Shown: piece by piece, positions 13,759-26,054 of the stretch
Layout: the number at the start of each line of letters is the position of its first letter
Numbering within the stretch: the first letter of the stretch is position 1
Source: Batkoa obscura
Taxonomy: Eukaryota
Direction: 5' to 3'
NCBI GenBank assembly: GCA_030770535.1
Contig: JASVEC010000002.1
Span: 2,170,001-2,234,000, forward strand
Length of the DNA: 64,000 nucleotides
Position numbers and translations under genes: made by a program
Notes under the pieces: model-generated
Told to the model about the DNA's origin: nothing
Seen by the model: only the letters and a program-made list of their open reading frames with translations
Database searches by the model: none

Positions 13759-16222
13759 GGGGTTGTCTGAATTAGTTTCATTATTTTATCCAATTTTAAA
13801 AAAATTTGTATTTTAAAAACTTCGCTTAAAATTCTATAAAATCACATCTTTTATTAAAACAAAAGTACCCAAACACAGTTCTAAACCATTATATTATAGC
13901 TCATACTGTAAGTTAGTTGAATTTCTACTAGATCTTAAATACATGTTCTTATAAAGCTTAATTGAGAAATATTTATTATCAACTGCTTTATAACCAACAT
14001 TGTAGATTTATTATCAAATAAATAAACTACTTTAATGTTATAATTACATTATTAATATATTGCCAAGTTAATAAATAGCTGCATGGGAGGGAGTGGTCAG
14101 CCCCAAAACTATAATTGACCATCCCTATATAGTACAAGTAATAATAGTTTTTACATATTATTACAGTTACTTGTTCTTTGACTATTTATTAACTTAGCTA
14201 TTAATAACTTAAGTAATCCTAACATTTAACAATCTATTTCTATCATTCAACAAACTACTTACTTGCTTAGTAAATATCGAAATTTTTAAATTCTCTGTTA
14301 TCTTCGTAAGGTAAGCTGGGATCGATCTTTTAATTTTTCTGTTTTCTATAGACTCTATAACTTTAATTGGGACTATATCGCTTTTTTTTGATGTATCAGA
14401 TACTGGATAACAATGTAGTTTATTGTTATGTTTAATAAAGTGTAAATACTTCTTAATGCCCTGCATCTCTATTATTCTTTTTGTATTTTTGTTTCTTTTA
14501 TACTTTTTAAAAATTATATCTGTTTTCCCATTATTAACAGTCGAGTTATTAATTTTATTATGCTCGCAAATAAAAGCCTCAAATCTTGAAATTAATTGAT
14601 CGATATCTTCTATTTTACCTAACGCTTCAAAACTACTTTTCCATTTTGAAAGGTTTCCAAAATGTCCATCAACTATACTTTTTCCATGATGCTCAGCAAA
14701 AAAATTAAGATTAACATTCAAACTACTATTTATTTTATGAATTTCTTTAAACATATAATGTAAGAACTCTTGGGATCTAAAATGATTTCCTGTATCTGCC
14801 CATATATTAATTTTTGTAAACTTTTTAAATAGAAGCTCTGTAGAGATTAAATCGATTAAACAATCTCCTGCATATGCTGAATCATGATTCAATATTTCAG
14901 ATAAATAATCAAAGTAAACTTTGCCTATTGTTTTATCATCTTTTAAATATAATACACCAAAGCCTAATACTGATATAGCTTGTTTATTATAATGATCTAA
15001 ATTTATTGAATCTGGTCTTGTCCCTATTTCCATATTTTGTTTAAAATCTAAAACTATTATACAACTTTTGTTATTTAATTTTTTGATAGTTTCATTAAAT
15101 GTGTTTTTTTGAGTATCAACACAGAATTTATGTAATTTGTATAATTTTTCTTCTTCGTTGAAAATTTCTTCTATCTCTGTTTTGTTTTTTGCTGTATTTA
15201 TTTTATTTTCAAATAACTTTTTTCTAACTGTATACTGGGTACATATATTACATAGATCCGTTTTTCTTGCTGGATTTTTGAAATTACTTGGTATATATTT
15301 AAAGAACGTTGACCTAGCTACTGCTTTATCTCTTAGATCATTCAAATATTTACTATATATCATTCTTCTACTTTTATTTAATATATATATATTATCTGAT
15401 GAATATTTACTATCGTTATTTTTTTTATTAAATCTTGATGAAATAGTTGAATCATTTAGTAAATATTGTATGATAGTTTCAATTTGGTCATCTTCAATTT
15501 TTTTTGTATTTTTAATAATAGGTTTTAATGTTGATATTTTATTATTATTACTTGTTTTTGAATAATCATATTGATTTCTATTTATATTAAACCCAAAACT
15601 CTTACATTCATCAAAAGAATATACTGAAGCTATAGTTGATAATAACGCTACTTGCTGACTTTTGTTTCCTGTTTCCCTTAAAGCACTAATTTTATACATT
15701 ACTTGATTAAGTTTATTATTATCGATAGTAAACTTTGATAATATATCTTTTCTTTGTTTTGTTTTATTATAAAATTCCATGAACCTTGGGTTGTTATAAG
15801 TAGCTTTTAAAATTGATGTAAATGAATTACAATGTTTATATTGTGTACTCCTCCCTATTGTATTGAAGTTTTCAAAAATTCCATTTCGAAGTTTAGTTAT
15901 GAAAGTTTGCATTTTATTTTTATTTCAACAAAAAATAAAGTCAAATAAAGTCAAATAACTGTGTTTATATAATTATGTATTTATATAATTATATAATCAT
16001 ATAGTTATATATTATATATCTGTTAAATATCTAACAGAACTAACATAAAATATATAGTTAGGAAAATTAGCTATTTAAGAAAAGGAAACAATTAAAATAA
16101 GTTTTAAATAGAGACATTTAATTTTAGGCTTTTTAGATTTAACCGTTATATTGAACACAAACTTGGAATTTTAAATTTGGATTAATTTCTAAGTAGATTC
16201 TGAAACCAATTAGGACAGCCCC
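13759..16222 (-). mobile_element. Full-length Sola-like DNA transposon with 22-bp imperfect TIRs
   Basis: Left GGGGTTGTCTGAATTAGTTTCA; right TGAAACCAATTAGGACAGCCCC (rc GGGGCTGTCCTAATTGGTTTCA); encloses the transposase ORF; TSD not perfect (TACT/ATTT). Confidence 0.8.
14209..15912 (-). CDS. Intronless 567-aa DDD transposase, Sola-like (Sola2-type catalytic motifs)
   Basis: RKTDLCNIC (CxxC); VLDFKQN; WADTGNHFRS; NFFAEHHGKSIVDGHFG; bounded by TIRs. Confidence 0.75.
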   Translation of the reverse strand: MQTFITKLRNGIFENFNTIGRSTQYKHCNSFTSILKATYNNPRFMEFYNKTKQRKDILSKFTIDNNKLNQVMYKISALRETGNKSQQVALLSTIASVYSFDECKSFGFNINRNQYDYSKTSNNNKISTLKPIIKNTKKIEDDQIETIIQYLLNDSTISSRFNKKNNDSKYSSDNIYILNKSRRMIYSKYLNDLRDKAVARSTFFKYIPSNFKNPARKTDLCNICTQYTVRKKLFENKINTAKNKTEIEEIFNEEEKLYKLHKFCVDTQKNTFNETIKKLNNKSCIIVLDFKQNMEIGTRPDSINLDHYNKQAISVLGFGVLYLKDDKTIGKVYFDYLSEILNHDSAYAGDCLIDLISTELLFKKFTKINIWADTGNHFRSQEFLHYMFKEIHKINSSLNVNLNFFAEHHGKSIVDGHFGNLSKWKSSFEALGKIEDIDQLISRFEAFICEHNKINNSTVNNGKTDIIFKKYKRNKNTKRIIEMQGIKKYLHFIKHNNKLHCYPVSDTSKKSDIVPIKVIESIENRKIKRSIPAYLTKITENLKISIFTKQVSSLLNDRNRLLNVRIT

Positions 16223-16570
16223 ATTTTTATTTTTAAATGTGCTTTACTTATGGTTTTATGCTAAAATGTATAGATAAATATAAACTAAAAAGTTTTAAAT
16301 ACAAAAAAATCAAGCTTTATTAATATTTTAATTAAAATATATATTTAAAGTTGTTTTATTTTTAGAAACTTTTAATATGTTTAATAAAAAAAGCAAAAAG
16401 TAAATTATAAAATCAGAATAATAATAATTAAAAAAATAATCATATAAATAATAAAATAAAATAACGAAACAAAAATATCATTAATTGATAATATTAAAAA
16501 TTTAAAAATTTAAAATCTAGTAAGTTAAAAAAACAAGTTAATCAAAACTAATAAAAATATTATTTAGAAG

Positions 16571-17033
16571 TGTGAAATCTGGTACTCAGAGTTTGGAGTC
16601 AAGAACAGCTATTGCTGGGTTACTACTCTATAAGTCGAAAGGTCTTAGTTTATGTGACTAGGATAGACTTGGGTTATGAGGAATAGCACGTAATAGGTTA
16701 CAAGCTATATAAGACAAATAGAATAGACAATACTAATGTAAAATCTACGTAAAATACTATTAAGAAAACTTAGTGGCTTTATTAAATGTTCGAGATGTCA
16801 GGTAATAATTCAGTTAAAAAGCCTCGAACTACTATACTCTGTAAACTCTTTTATACTCTGAAAAGTATAAATATCAAAATGAGAGGATAATATTCTTTTG
16901 GATGGAGCTAGAAATTCTCATAACAAATCAAAATAAGAACATGGGATTGATTTCTTCTGAACTCGAGAACACAACAGCTTAGGCGATTGTTATGTTATAA
17001 TTAACCATGGGACTGACAAAGCGATATTTCACA
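16571..17033. mobile_element. Solo-LTR-like element, copy 2
   Basis: TGTGAAAT...ATTTCACA (TG..CA, 8-bp inverted ends) with GAAG/GAAG TSD; 463 bp; non-coding. Confidence 0.8.
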
Positions 17034-17529
17034 GAAGTTTAGCTTTAAAATTAATCTTAAAATTTTATCCATTTGTTCATTTTAAATCGAATTTCAATCT
17101 ATAGAACTAATGGTAAAAAACTTTGTTCTGTATATTTAATAAAAAATAAACATAACTATATAGTAATAATTGATAAGTTTTAGCTTAAAGCCAATAGTTT
17201 TAATAGCTTTATTAACAATTATTATATAAAAAATGATAAAAAAATATTTAAAAAATATTTAAAAAAAAGTTGCCACCAATTAAAATCCTGTTTAAAGTTA
17301 ATTTTAACGTCAACTTTTATATAAATCATTTATTAAAACCATTTTTAAAAAACATTTGCTTATTTTATATCATAACAAATTATTTAACTTTTTTATCTGC
17401 TATGATAAACCTACTTTCTATAATTGTAAAAAAGTGTAAAAATATGTTTTAGATATTAAAAGGAGATATAATATTATTATAATTCTGAAAGTGCTATCTC
17501 TGTAAAATATCCATGTTCAGCACTTTTGA

Positions 17530-17800
17530 GTTTTTGGTTTTGGTTTCATCAAACAAAAGTTAGACTAAAAATTAAAGCTTTAAATAGACTCTGGAAAGCT
17601 GCAAGGTGGGGGTGTGAGAATGAATAATTTTGGGTATGACCATCAAAGTATACCTGAATTGAAAAAATGGTACAGAGATATCTTCAATAACCAGAGGATA
17701 CAGTTAGAGCGTATTAAACACTTCAATAAAATTAGACTTTAACTTTATGGATTTTTGAAGCTGTTCACAAAATTCCTGGAGACTGTAGCAGAAATGATAG
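17530..17800 (+). pseudogene. Possible Ty3/Gypsy RNase H relic
   Basis: Broken-frame peptides YDHQSIPELKK and TLQ*...FEAVHKIPG resemble TDHxSL...LQxFDFEIxHxPG. Confidence 0.35.
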
Positions 17801-18436
17801 CTATGATAATACAAATTAATATGACATAATAAAGTTACTGACATTAAACAATTGTAAAAATTATTTCAAATAAAACAAGACATGGCAAAGCTTTCATTTT
17901 TTATCTTTTATTTTTTATTTTTTATTTTTTATTTTTTATTTTATGTATTATTTATCTAGGATTTGGTAACTTATATTAGGCTTTCTTTAGAACATAGAAG
18001 ATAATAATCGCTGTTTTACTAATTGTATAATTTGTTAATTAAAATTAGTCATAGTTTTATTTTTTAAACAAGGCCCATTGTCTTTAATATAGATTAATAT
18101 AGTATTTATATTGTTTTGCTTTAATCTTTTTAAATAGCTTTAAACTTACATTCAATTATAACGAAATAATGTATAACTTTTAAAGAAATAGCTAAAACAC
18201 TGAATAGCCAAATATTCAATTTAAAACTGAAACGTTCGAGCTAAAAAATTAAATTAAAGAGTTTAACGAAAAAGATGAAAAAGGAAAAATTAAGTTTTAA
18301 AAAAGGAAAAGTAGATATTTGATTATTAAATAAAACAATATTATAATTCTATTCTTTTTATTATATTTAAAACTTTTTTCTTTCAGTTTTATTTTAAATT
18401 TCCTTGATTTTTTTTCATCTATTACTAGTTAATTTC

Positions 18437-21246
18437 ATGCTTAATACTATTTTACTTTATTTTATCACCTTTATATCTTTTATAAATAGTGGGGAAATAA
18501 AGCTTATAACTTTGCCTAAATATGAAGACTCAAAAGATAGCCCTATAACAATTAATGATGATATCTACTTTTTAGAGTTTAATCAAGCAGTGAATGAAGA
18601 AGAGTGCATCCAACAGCATGAGCAATTAAAAAATTTAGTTAATGAAAATAATATAGAGTGGTTAATAAGGCGAGAATTTTGCTTATTATTTAATGGAATA
18701 TCATTTCATGGTAAAGAAGAAGCAATCCATAAAATCGTTTCATTTCCTACGGTCAAAGCTATCTGGCCTATGGTATATATGTTTTAGTTCTTTATATAAA
18801 GTTATTTAATTTATTTTTTTAGCTATCTAAAAGGCTACCACAGTATACGTTAAATGATGATGACAAAATAAGCGATCCAATCGACAATTACAAATTAACT
18901 GGGGTACATAATACTCAAAATAAATTAAAGTTGGATGGTAGCGGCATTAAAATAGGAATCATTGATACTGGAATAGATTATTTACATCCTTATCTTGGGG
19001 GTTGTTTTAAAGGACCTAATTGCAAAGTACAGTATGGGAAAGATTTGGTTGGTGATGACTATGATGGGAGTAATACACCATTGCCTGATGAGGATCCAAG
19101 GGATACATGTGGAGGTCACGGGACCCATGTCGCTGGTATTATTGCTGCAGATGGTAAAGATTTTAAAGGAGTTGCACCAAATGTAACTTTAGGTGCTTAT
19201 AAAGTTTTTGGATGTGGAAGTAATGCTCGAGTTGAAAGCGACATTATCATTGAAGCTATGGAATTAGCTTACAAAGATGGGATGGATATTATCAATTTAT
19301 CTTTAGGTGGAGGTTCTGCTTGGTCAGAATACCCCGATAGTGTAGTAGCTGATAAATTAAGTTCATTGGGCGTTATTATCGTTGCTGCAGCAGGAAATGA
19401 TGGGGATAAAGGTTTATTTGAAGTTGCCTCACCTGCTATAGGAAATAATGTTATCAGTGTTGCTTCTTTTGATTCAGAAAGGTATGTAGCAAGAGCGTTA
19501 ACAATGGATCATCTACCACTATCAAAGATTGATTATACATTAGCGCCTAATTCATCCAAATTTAATTTTAGTAATACTAATATTGTTGTATCAAAAAATA
19601 AAGAAATGTTAGCATGTGACAAAAATGAAGAATTGGAAAATGCTAACATTAAAGGAAGCATTTTAATAGCAAAGAGAGGGAAATGCCCCTTTGAAGTAAA
19701 AGCTTTAATTGCGCAAGAGTTAGGTGCAATAGGGCTAATAGTAATTAATAACAACCCAGGAATCTTTACACCATTAATAAAAGACGACGTGAAAGATAAG
19801 TTAAAAATACCCATATTGGGGTTGACCAGCTCAAATGGAAATTTAGTGTTAAACCAAATGAATCGCACTGAAGGAGTTCAAGTATCAACTCCACCATATT
19901 TTGTGAATTCAAATGGTGGTAAAATTTCATCTTTTTCTTCTTGGGGACCAGGACCAGAGCTAGAACTTAAACCGGATTTAGGCGCTCCGGGTGGTTTAAT
20001 TTTTTCAACGTTTCCAATTCCATTAGGAATGTATGCAACACTATCTGGAACTTCTATGGCTACACCATATACTAGTGGGATGATAGCGTTATATTATGAG
20101 CACTATAGAAAAAGCAATTTATCAAAATTGGATACACAGGAACTAAAGGTTAAACTTTATAATAATGCCCAACCTAAAAAAACATCTTTAAATGGTACAG
20201 TTTTCCCAGTATTACGCCAGGGAGCTGGACTGATGAATATTTATAATACTGTTTTGAGTGAAACGAAACTCTTTCCATCAAAATTAATTTTGAACAACAC
20301 TCAATTAGTATCGAAAGGTGATAACGACACAAACAAAAGTATATATAAATATATTCAAATTGAAAATAGTAGCAAAAGCCAAAGCTATTCTTATGAATTG
20401 AGTCACTTAGGGTCTCCAACGATAACCAATTATGAAAATGAAAAGTACTTGGATACTCCTAAAGAAAATGTAGACGCGCAAGCAACTATAAACTTTAATC
20501 AAACTAAATTTGATTTAAATCCTTTAGAGAAAAAGATAATACAAGTTGAGATACTTATGCCAAATAATTTAAAAATGAATGATTTTAATTTATTATCTGG
20601 ATATATTAAAGTAAGTCATAATCAAAGTGAAGTCGACCCCTACCATATTCCATATTTAGCTAGTTTCGGCAATTATTCAAGGCTACCTATTCTAAATACA
20701 AAAGAATACCCTAAGCTGATATTTCATCGTGATGAGAAAGAATTTAATTCAACTAATTTAAACGACATTAATAATAATTTGCAAGTATCATTTAAAAAAT
20801 CAGATAATATAACATTAAAAGTGAGGATCGAACATCCAACTAAGATGTTATACATTAAAGCTATTAACCCATTGACTCAAGAAGAAATGGGATATATTAA
20901 AGGGGGAATTAACAATTATATTGGAAGAAACGATCAGAAAGCAAACAATTTGTATTACAATTTTCCATTCAATGGAGTGCTACTGATACCTAAAAAGAAT
21001 TTGACCAGTGATAGTAATAAACTATCAAAACAACAATCTGATAGCTATGAATCAAGTATAGTTTACGAAAACATTGCTGATGAGGAAGATAGTGGTAATT
21101 ACGAAACCAAAAGTATAGTGGATGGACAATTCGTTTTTAAAATTTTGGCACTTAAGCCATTCGGAAACCCACAAAATAAGGATGACTTTCAGACTTGGTT
21201 CTCACCAATTATTAATGTATCAAAAATGAATCTTTCTGAAATTTAA
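18437..21246 (+). CDS. Secreted subtilisin-like S8 protease with PA domain
   Basis: Hydrophobic N-terminus; IIDTGID, GHGTHVAGII, AAGNDG and SGTSMATP catalytic motifs; PA insert RGKCPFEVKA; one intron near 18772-18822. Confidence 0.93.
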
Positions 21247-21346
21247 TGACATAATAAATATCTTGAAAAGTTAAAGTTATTTTTTGTAAATAAAATTGAT
21301 GTTAAAAAATTGAATACAGAGTCAAAAATTTATTAATATACTTAAA

Positions 21347-22976
21347 TTAAGAAGTACGTGCCTTAACATTAATAAGCATGGTAGATTCCTCTGGTTTCAA
21401 TACTAAGAAATAATGTGGGGTAATTGGTGCCTTTTTATCTTGATAAGAGATAGTGTATTTTCTAAAAATAGTAGTAAAAATATGGAACATTGCCATCCAA
21501 GCAAAATCTCTGCCAACACAAGAGCGAGGACCAGTTAAGAATGGCAAAAAGTTGGCTTTACGTTTGGTACCCTCTTCTCCAAGGAAACGTTCTGGTATGA
21601 ATTCCTTAGAGTTTTCCCAAACTTCGCCACTACGGTGGTAAGCATAAATGCCAATACCAACTTCAGTATCTTCGGGAATATGATAGCCTTCAATTACAGC
21701 GCCGCCCTTTGGTACGAGTCTTGGTAAAGAGCCAGAAGATACTGGGTGTAAACGCATAGCTTCATTAATGACAGCTTCAAGATATGGAACCTTTTGTCTA
21801 ACAGTTTCAGAGGTGTATTCCTCGTTTAAGCCAAAAGCATCATCGATTTCTTTAACTAATTTAGCTAATTTATCAGGATTATCTAATAATAATTTCAAAG
21901 TCCAGATAACGGTGTTTGCAGTGGTATCAGTACCAGCAATAAATCCAGTCACAGTTTCAGCTTGTAAATTTTCAATAGAGAATTCTTCGCCAGTTATCTC
22001 ATCTTTAGTATCCAAAAATAGTTGCAAAATATCATTAAATTCAGGTCTCTTTTCACCCTTCTTATCAGCTTCAGCAAAGATAGATTTACGAGCTAAGATC
22101 TTGCCACGAACGTATTTCAAAAAGTTAACATAGTCCTCTTTACCATATCTGTTACCGGGAACGAAAGGAATATAAGGAAATTCGAATTGCAATACACCAT
22201 AAGCCAAAGTGCTCTTTAACCAATCTAAGACAGGCAGATTTTCCTTGTTCAGTAAATCAAAATCCTCACTGATAATAAGTTGCCCATTGATATTAAATAA
22301 TACTTGATGAATTAATTTATAAACATCACAAACACCATCTTGTAAACTAATTTCTTTTAATTTTTTATCCATTGGAACGAACCCCATCTTTACCATAGTT
22401 GGTTCTAATTTCTTTAAATTTTCTTTATTTAAAGTTCCCATATGGATTTTTTTCTAGATGTTATCGTTAATATAATATAGTTAAATAAAACTAAAATTTA
22501 CTCTTGAGGCGTGAAGGTCGCGATCACTATTTTAAGAAATTAGTTAAATAGGTTAGATGATAGGATAATGGCACTTACGAAGTACTAAAAATGGTAATTC
22601 CACCATATTTGAATGATAAATAGAAAGGAGTTTTTTTGAATTTGTAAGTTGAATAAATAGTATCAGCAGCCTTTTTAGTGGCAAATGATACACGGTTTGG
22701 AGAAAAGTGAACGACTGGTCCATAATGATCATGCAAGTCTTCTAAAAAGGTATGATATTGGCCTTTAGAAATAAATGACTTTGAATAAAAGGCAGTTAAT
22801 TTGCCTTGCCATGGGCCAGGTAAATCTTTCAATGGAGAAAGGTAAAAAGCGTAAACAACCTAGTATAAAATCCAATGTTAACTTTAACACAAGAAATCAT
22901 TGATTAGACTTACTTGTATTACTACTAGCGATACAATAAATAATGAGAGGTAAGATACAATCTCTAACCAAGACAT
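21347..22976 (-). CDS. Cytochrome P450
   Basis: PGP motif, AGTDTT (I-helix), EAMR (ExxR), PERF and heme motif FLTGPRSCVG; includes a microexon near 22501-22526. Confidence 0.95.
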
Positions 22977-24154
22977 TTTATTAAAAAATAGATGTTATAA
23001 ATAAAAGATCTAATGCTATTTGTATCCTTTTATACTTCCTTATTGTTAATATATTTAAGATCTATAGATAAGATAAATAGGTTAATCGCATCAAATTCAA
23101 TAACGGTACTGTAGAAGGTACTATGTTTTAAGAACAAACCCCATATTTTTGTTAACAATTTAGCCAAATCATAAGGACACTAAGCTCTAAGTTTATTAAT
23201 TTATTTCTTTACTATTAATCCATCATTAAATTTAGCCAGATTGTCTAACTGCTATTTTAGTGTTTATGTAATAGTATATTTTGTTTTAGCCCAATTAGCT
23301 CATTGTTTTTTTAACTTTTGCTTCTTTCCTTTTTAAAGAAATAATAAATTTACTCAGAAAACAAAAAGATTCAATAGGATATTTTAATAATATTTAATTT
23401 ATTGAATTGAATAAGTAGTAAATGTTATACATGTAGTGAATAAGGTACTTTTTTCGCTTAAAATTATCATTAAAAACTTTAATAAAGCGAAGCTGCTTAG
23501 TTTAATTGTTTTTATTAATTTACTAGCTGAATACTTCACAAAAGTACTCAAAAAGAAAAGTTGGTATCTTTCATATACAACATTTAATGAAAAATTACAA
23601 TATTTGCATAAAGCTTAGATAAGACTGTTTTTTACTGTGGTAAATACGCCTAATCTATTTTGAAATATTTCTGAACATTATTAATAAATTCATATTCAAA
23701 AATCCTGGCTTCGCAAATTCAATATTTAACAAGTTGTTAGGGCTAAACTACTAGTTATAGATTTTTATACTTTAAACTTATAAACTTTAGTTATGCATTT
23801 TTTTTTAACATTTATGTAAGCCAATGGCAGTTATATTATAATATCTCTAATATATAAAGAATATTAAGTTTGATTAAAGGTTATTATTAGTATTATTATA
23901 TATATTTTTTGTTGACATTATATTGTTAATTTAAACTTTCAAATATTTTTTCAATAGACTTCTAAACTCAAAGCTAAAATAATTTGAAAATACAACATCT
24001 GATACTAATATATTAAATATGAACATAGTTAAGCAAAGAAGTAATCGCCCATTTATACGTTTTTAGCTGATATGTGTTTTTCGATCTGATAATATGATTT
24101 GTTGATATTAATTTTTATATTTTTCTAATGGGGATGATATTACTTCAATAATAC

Positions 24155-24250
24155 AGGAATGTATTTTTGTGTCTAAGAATTTTGCTAATTTTTCCACCCA
24201 ACAGTGCTCTTAAAAAGTAGAAAAAATAATGAAGCTAAAAAAACACTCCC
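24155..24250. mobile_element. MITE A
   Basis: AGGAATGTATTTTTGTG...AACACTCCC|ATAT. Confidence 0.8.
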
Positions 24251-24483
24251 ATATTTATATTTATCCAGAAATATGAGTTTTGTTTATAAAATAGTAATAA
24301 TTTCAAATTATTAATAAAATAGGCTAAGTTTAAAAAATTACTTGTTTATCATAAAAAACTTAAAACGGCTGAGAGCTTATCATTGAATATAAAATTTATT
24401 TATGGCTTAAGCTAGAGGTACTGAATATTAGTCACAATAGTTTGATATGTTAAAGCTACAATTGTTTTACCAAAATAATATTT

Positions 24484-24589
24484 AGAGATGTATTTTTTTG
24501 TCTAATAATCTTACTAATCATTTTGCTAATATTTTTCTACTTAAATAGCACTTAAAAATAGAGTGCGATGAAGCTAAAAAAATATCTTC
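24484..24589. mobile_element. MITE A
   Basis: ATTT|AGAGATGTATTTTT...AATATCTTC|ATTT. Confidence 0.75.
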
Positions 24590-24614
24590 ATTTAATGGAT
24601 GAACAATACCATAT

Positions 24615-24696
24615 GGTGGCGTTTTTTTAGTTCATCGCTTTTTAGGTACTATTTGAACAGAAAAATTAGCAAAGTTCTTAAACACAAGATGGATCC
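24615..24696. mobile_element. MITE A, degenerate
   Basis: ATAT|GGTGGCGTTTTTTTAG...CTATTTGAACAGAAAAATTAG. Confidence 0.6.
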
Positions 24697-24899
24697 ATGT
24701 ATCGATATTTTAAATCTGAAAATAAAAAGGATATATTGTTGTCTTTTAAATCATATTTGTACTTATATTCACTCGTCAGTAAATAATTTAAATACGAAGT
24801 TTTTTTACTTTAAAAAGATAAATACTATAATATATTATGTATTGTAAGCTACTGTGGATCGAATTCCAAGAAATAATGGTTATTCGATTATATTAATAT

Positions 24900-24993
24900 G
24901 GGGATGTTTTTTTAGTTTCATTACTTTTCCATTTTTTAAGCCTATGAGTAAAAAAATTATTAGTAAAATCCTTAAGCAAAAAAATACATCCCC
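24900..24993. mobile_element. MITE A
   Basis: ATAT|GGGGATGTTTTT...ATACATCCCC|ATAT. Confidence 0.9.
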
Positions 24994-26054
24994 ATATTGA
25001 ATTCGATTTAAAAGTGATGTCAAAAAATCTACTTTATAGTGATGTCCACATGTAATATCAGGTCAAGATTGCAGCAAGTGATAGAGTGCTCAGTTTAGAT
25101 TACTTTATATTTATTGCTAGAGTTTAATATCCGAAAAGCCAGAATCTTTATTATAAACTACATACTTATTTACATAGAAGTTCTAATCATATTAGCTATT
25201 ATACTTCTGTTATATCCTCTTCTTATTAATCAATGATTTTGGTTACTATATATGATATTAGAATTAGAAGTTAGTCAATACTATAAAATATATATTACTA
25301 TAAATTACTACCTTTTTTTTGCCTGTTCAAATTATAAGAGCTTTACTTTATTGATTACTTTGTCTTAAAGCAGAAGTTTAATAAATTTCGAGTATTCAAT
25401 CACTTTTAATCAAAATTGATTTATTATTTGGCTAGATTTGTTTTAATGTCAAAAAAGATGATTTTTTATGATATCTATTGGCTCAAATATAAAATTTTTA
25501 ATTATCAAAATAGAATTTTACGTATTAAGATACAATAATTATATCCGAAGGTCCCAAAATAAAAATATTAACTTTTAGTGGGGTTTGCCAATTTGTCTTT
25601 TTTTAATTCAACTCATTACAAATTATGATGTAATTTATCGTTTGTTAGCATTTCAATTTTCAATTATTTAAACTATTAATAGAACATAAAGTTTAAACTT
25701 AAAAGTGTAGTTTTTATAAAAGGAAATATTAAACTTAAAGATGAGTAGGCTGGAGACCAAACCCACATTCTTTACAGTTATTGAAGAATCTTCTATATTA
25801 CTTCATAGCTACTTGTTTTAATATGCCAACTTTAAACATGTGTCCAATGATACAACCCAATTCTAAAATGAAATTATTGGTAAGTTAGCTCGTAATAATT
25901 TTAACCGACAAATCAAATTTTGTTATTCAGAAATATTTAGGACTTAAACAACGGAGAATTGGCTTACGTGGACATTTTAAGGATATTAATAAATTCTTGA
26001 AGTGAAAAGTATATAAACGTAAGTAATAGAATTACAGTTAGTTTTTTAATAACA

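Noticed and set aside
15137..15565. 142-aa plus-strand ORF, and similar antisense ORFs at 4270, 19533, 21768, 49165 and 50921
   Set aside because: Antisense shadows of real genes or pseudogenes, with no motifs
13759..16222. Fanzor/TnpB cargo in the Sola-like element
   Set aside because: There is only one ORF, with no RuvC or zinc-finger TnpB motifs and no room for a second gene
16625..16690. Hammerhead ribozyme suggested by CGAAA plus stems
   Set aside because: No CUGANGA core and no valid NUH cleavage triplet
6759..17033. The two LTR-like copies as paired LTRs of one 10-kb retrotransposon
   Set aside because: Copy 2 has its own TSD, the copies are clearly diverged, and the interval holds a host GPCR gene and no gag/pol
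24599..24847. 82-aa ORF
   Set aside because: Runs through a MITE; spurious
25741..25850. Second ACBP fragment (TATGCCAACTTTAAACA also occurs in ACB1)
   Set aside because: Only a 17-nt match; the flanks do not align convincingly
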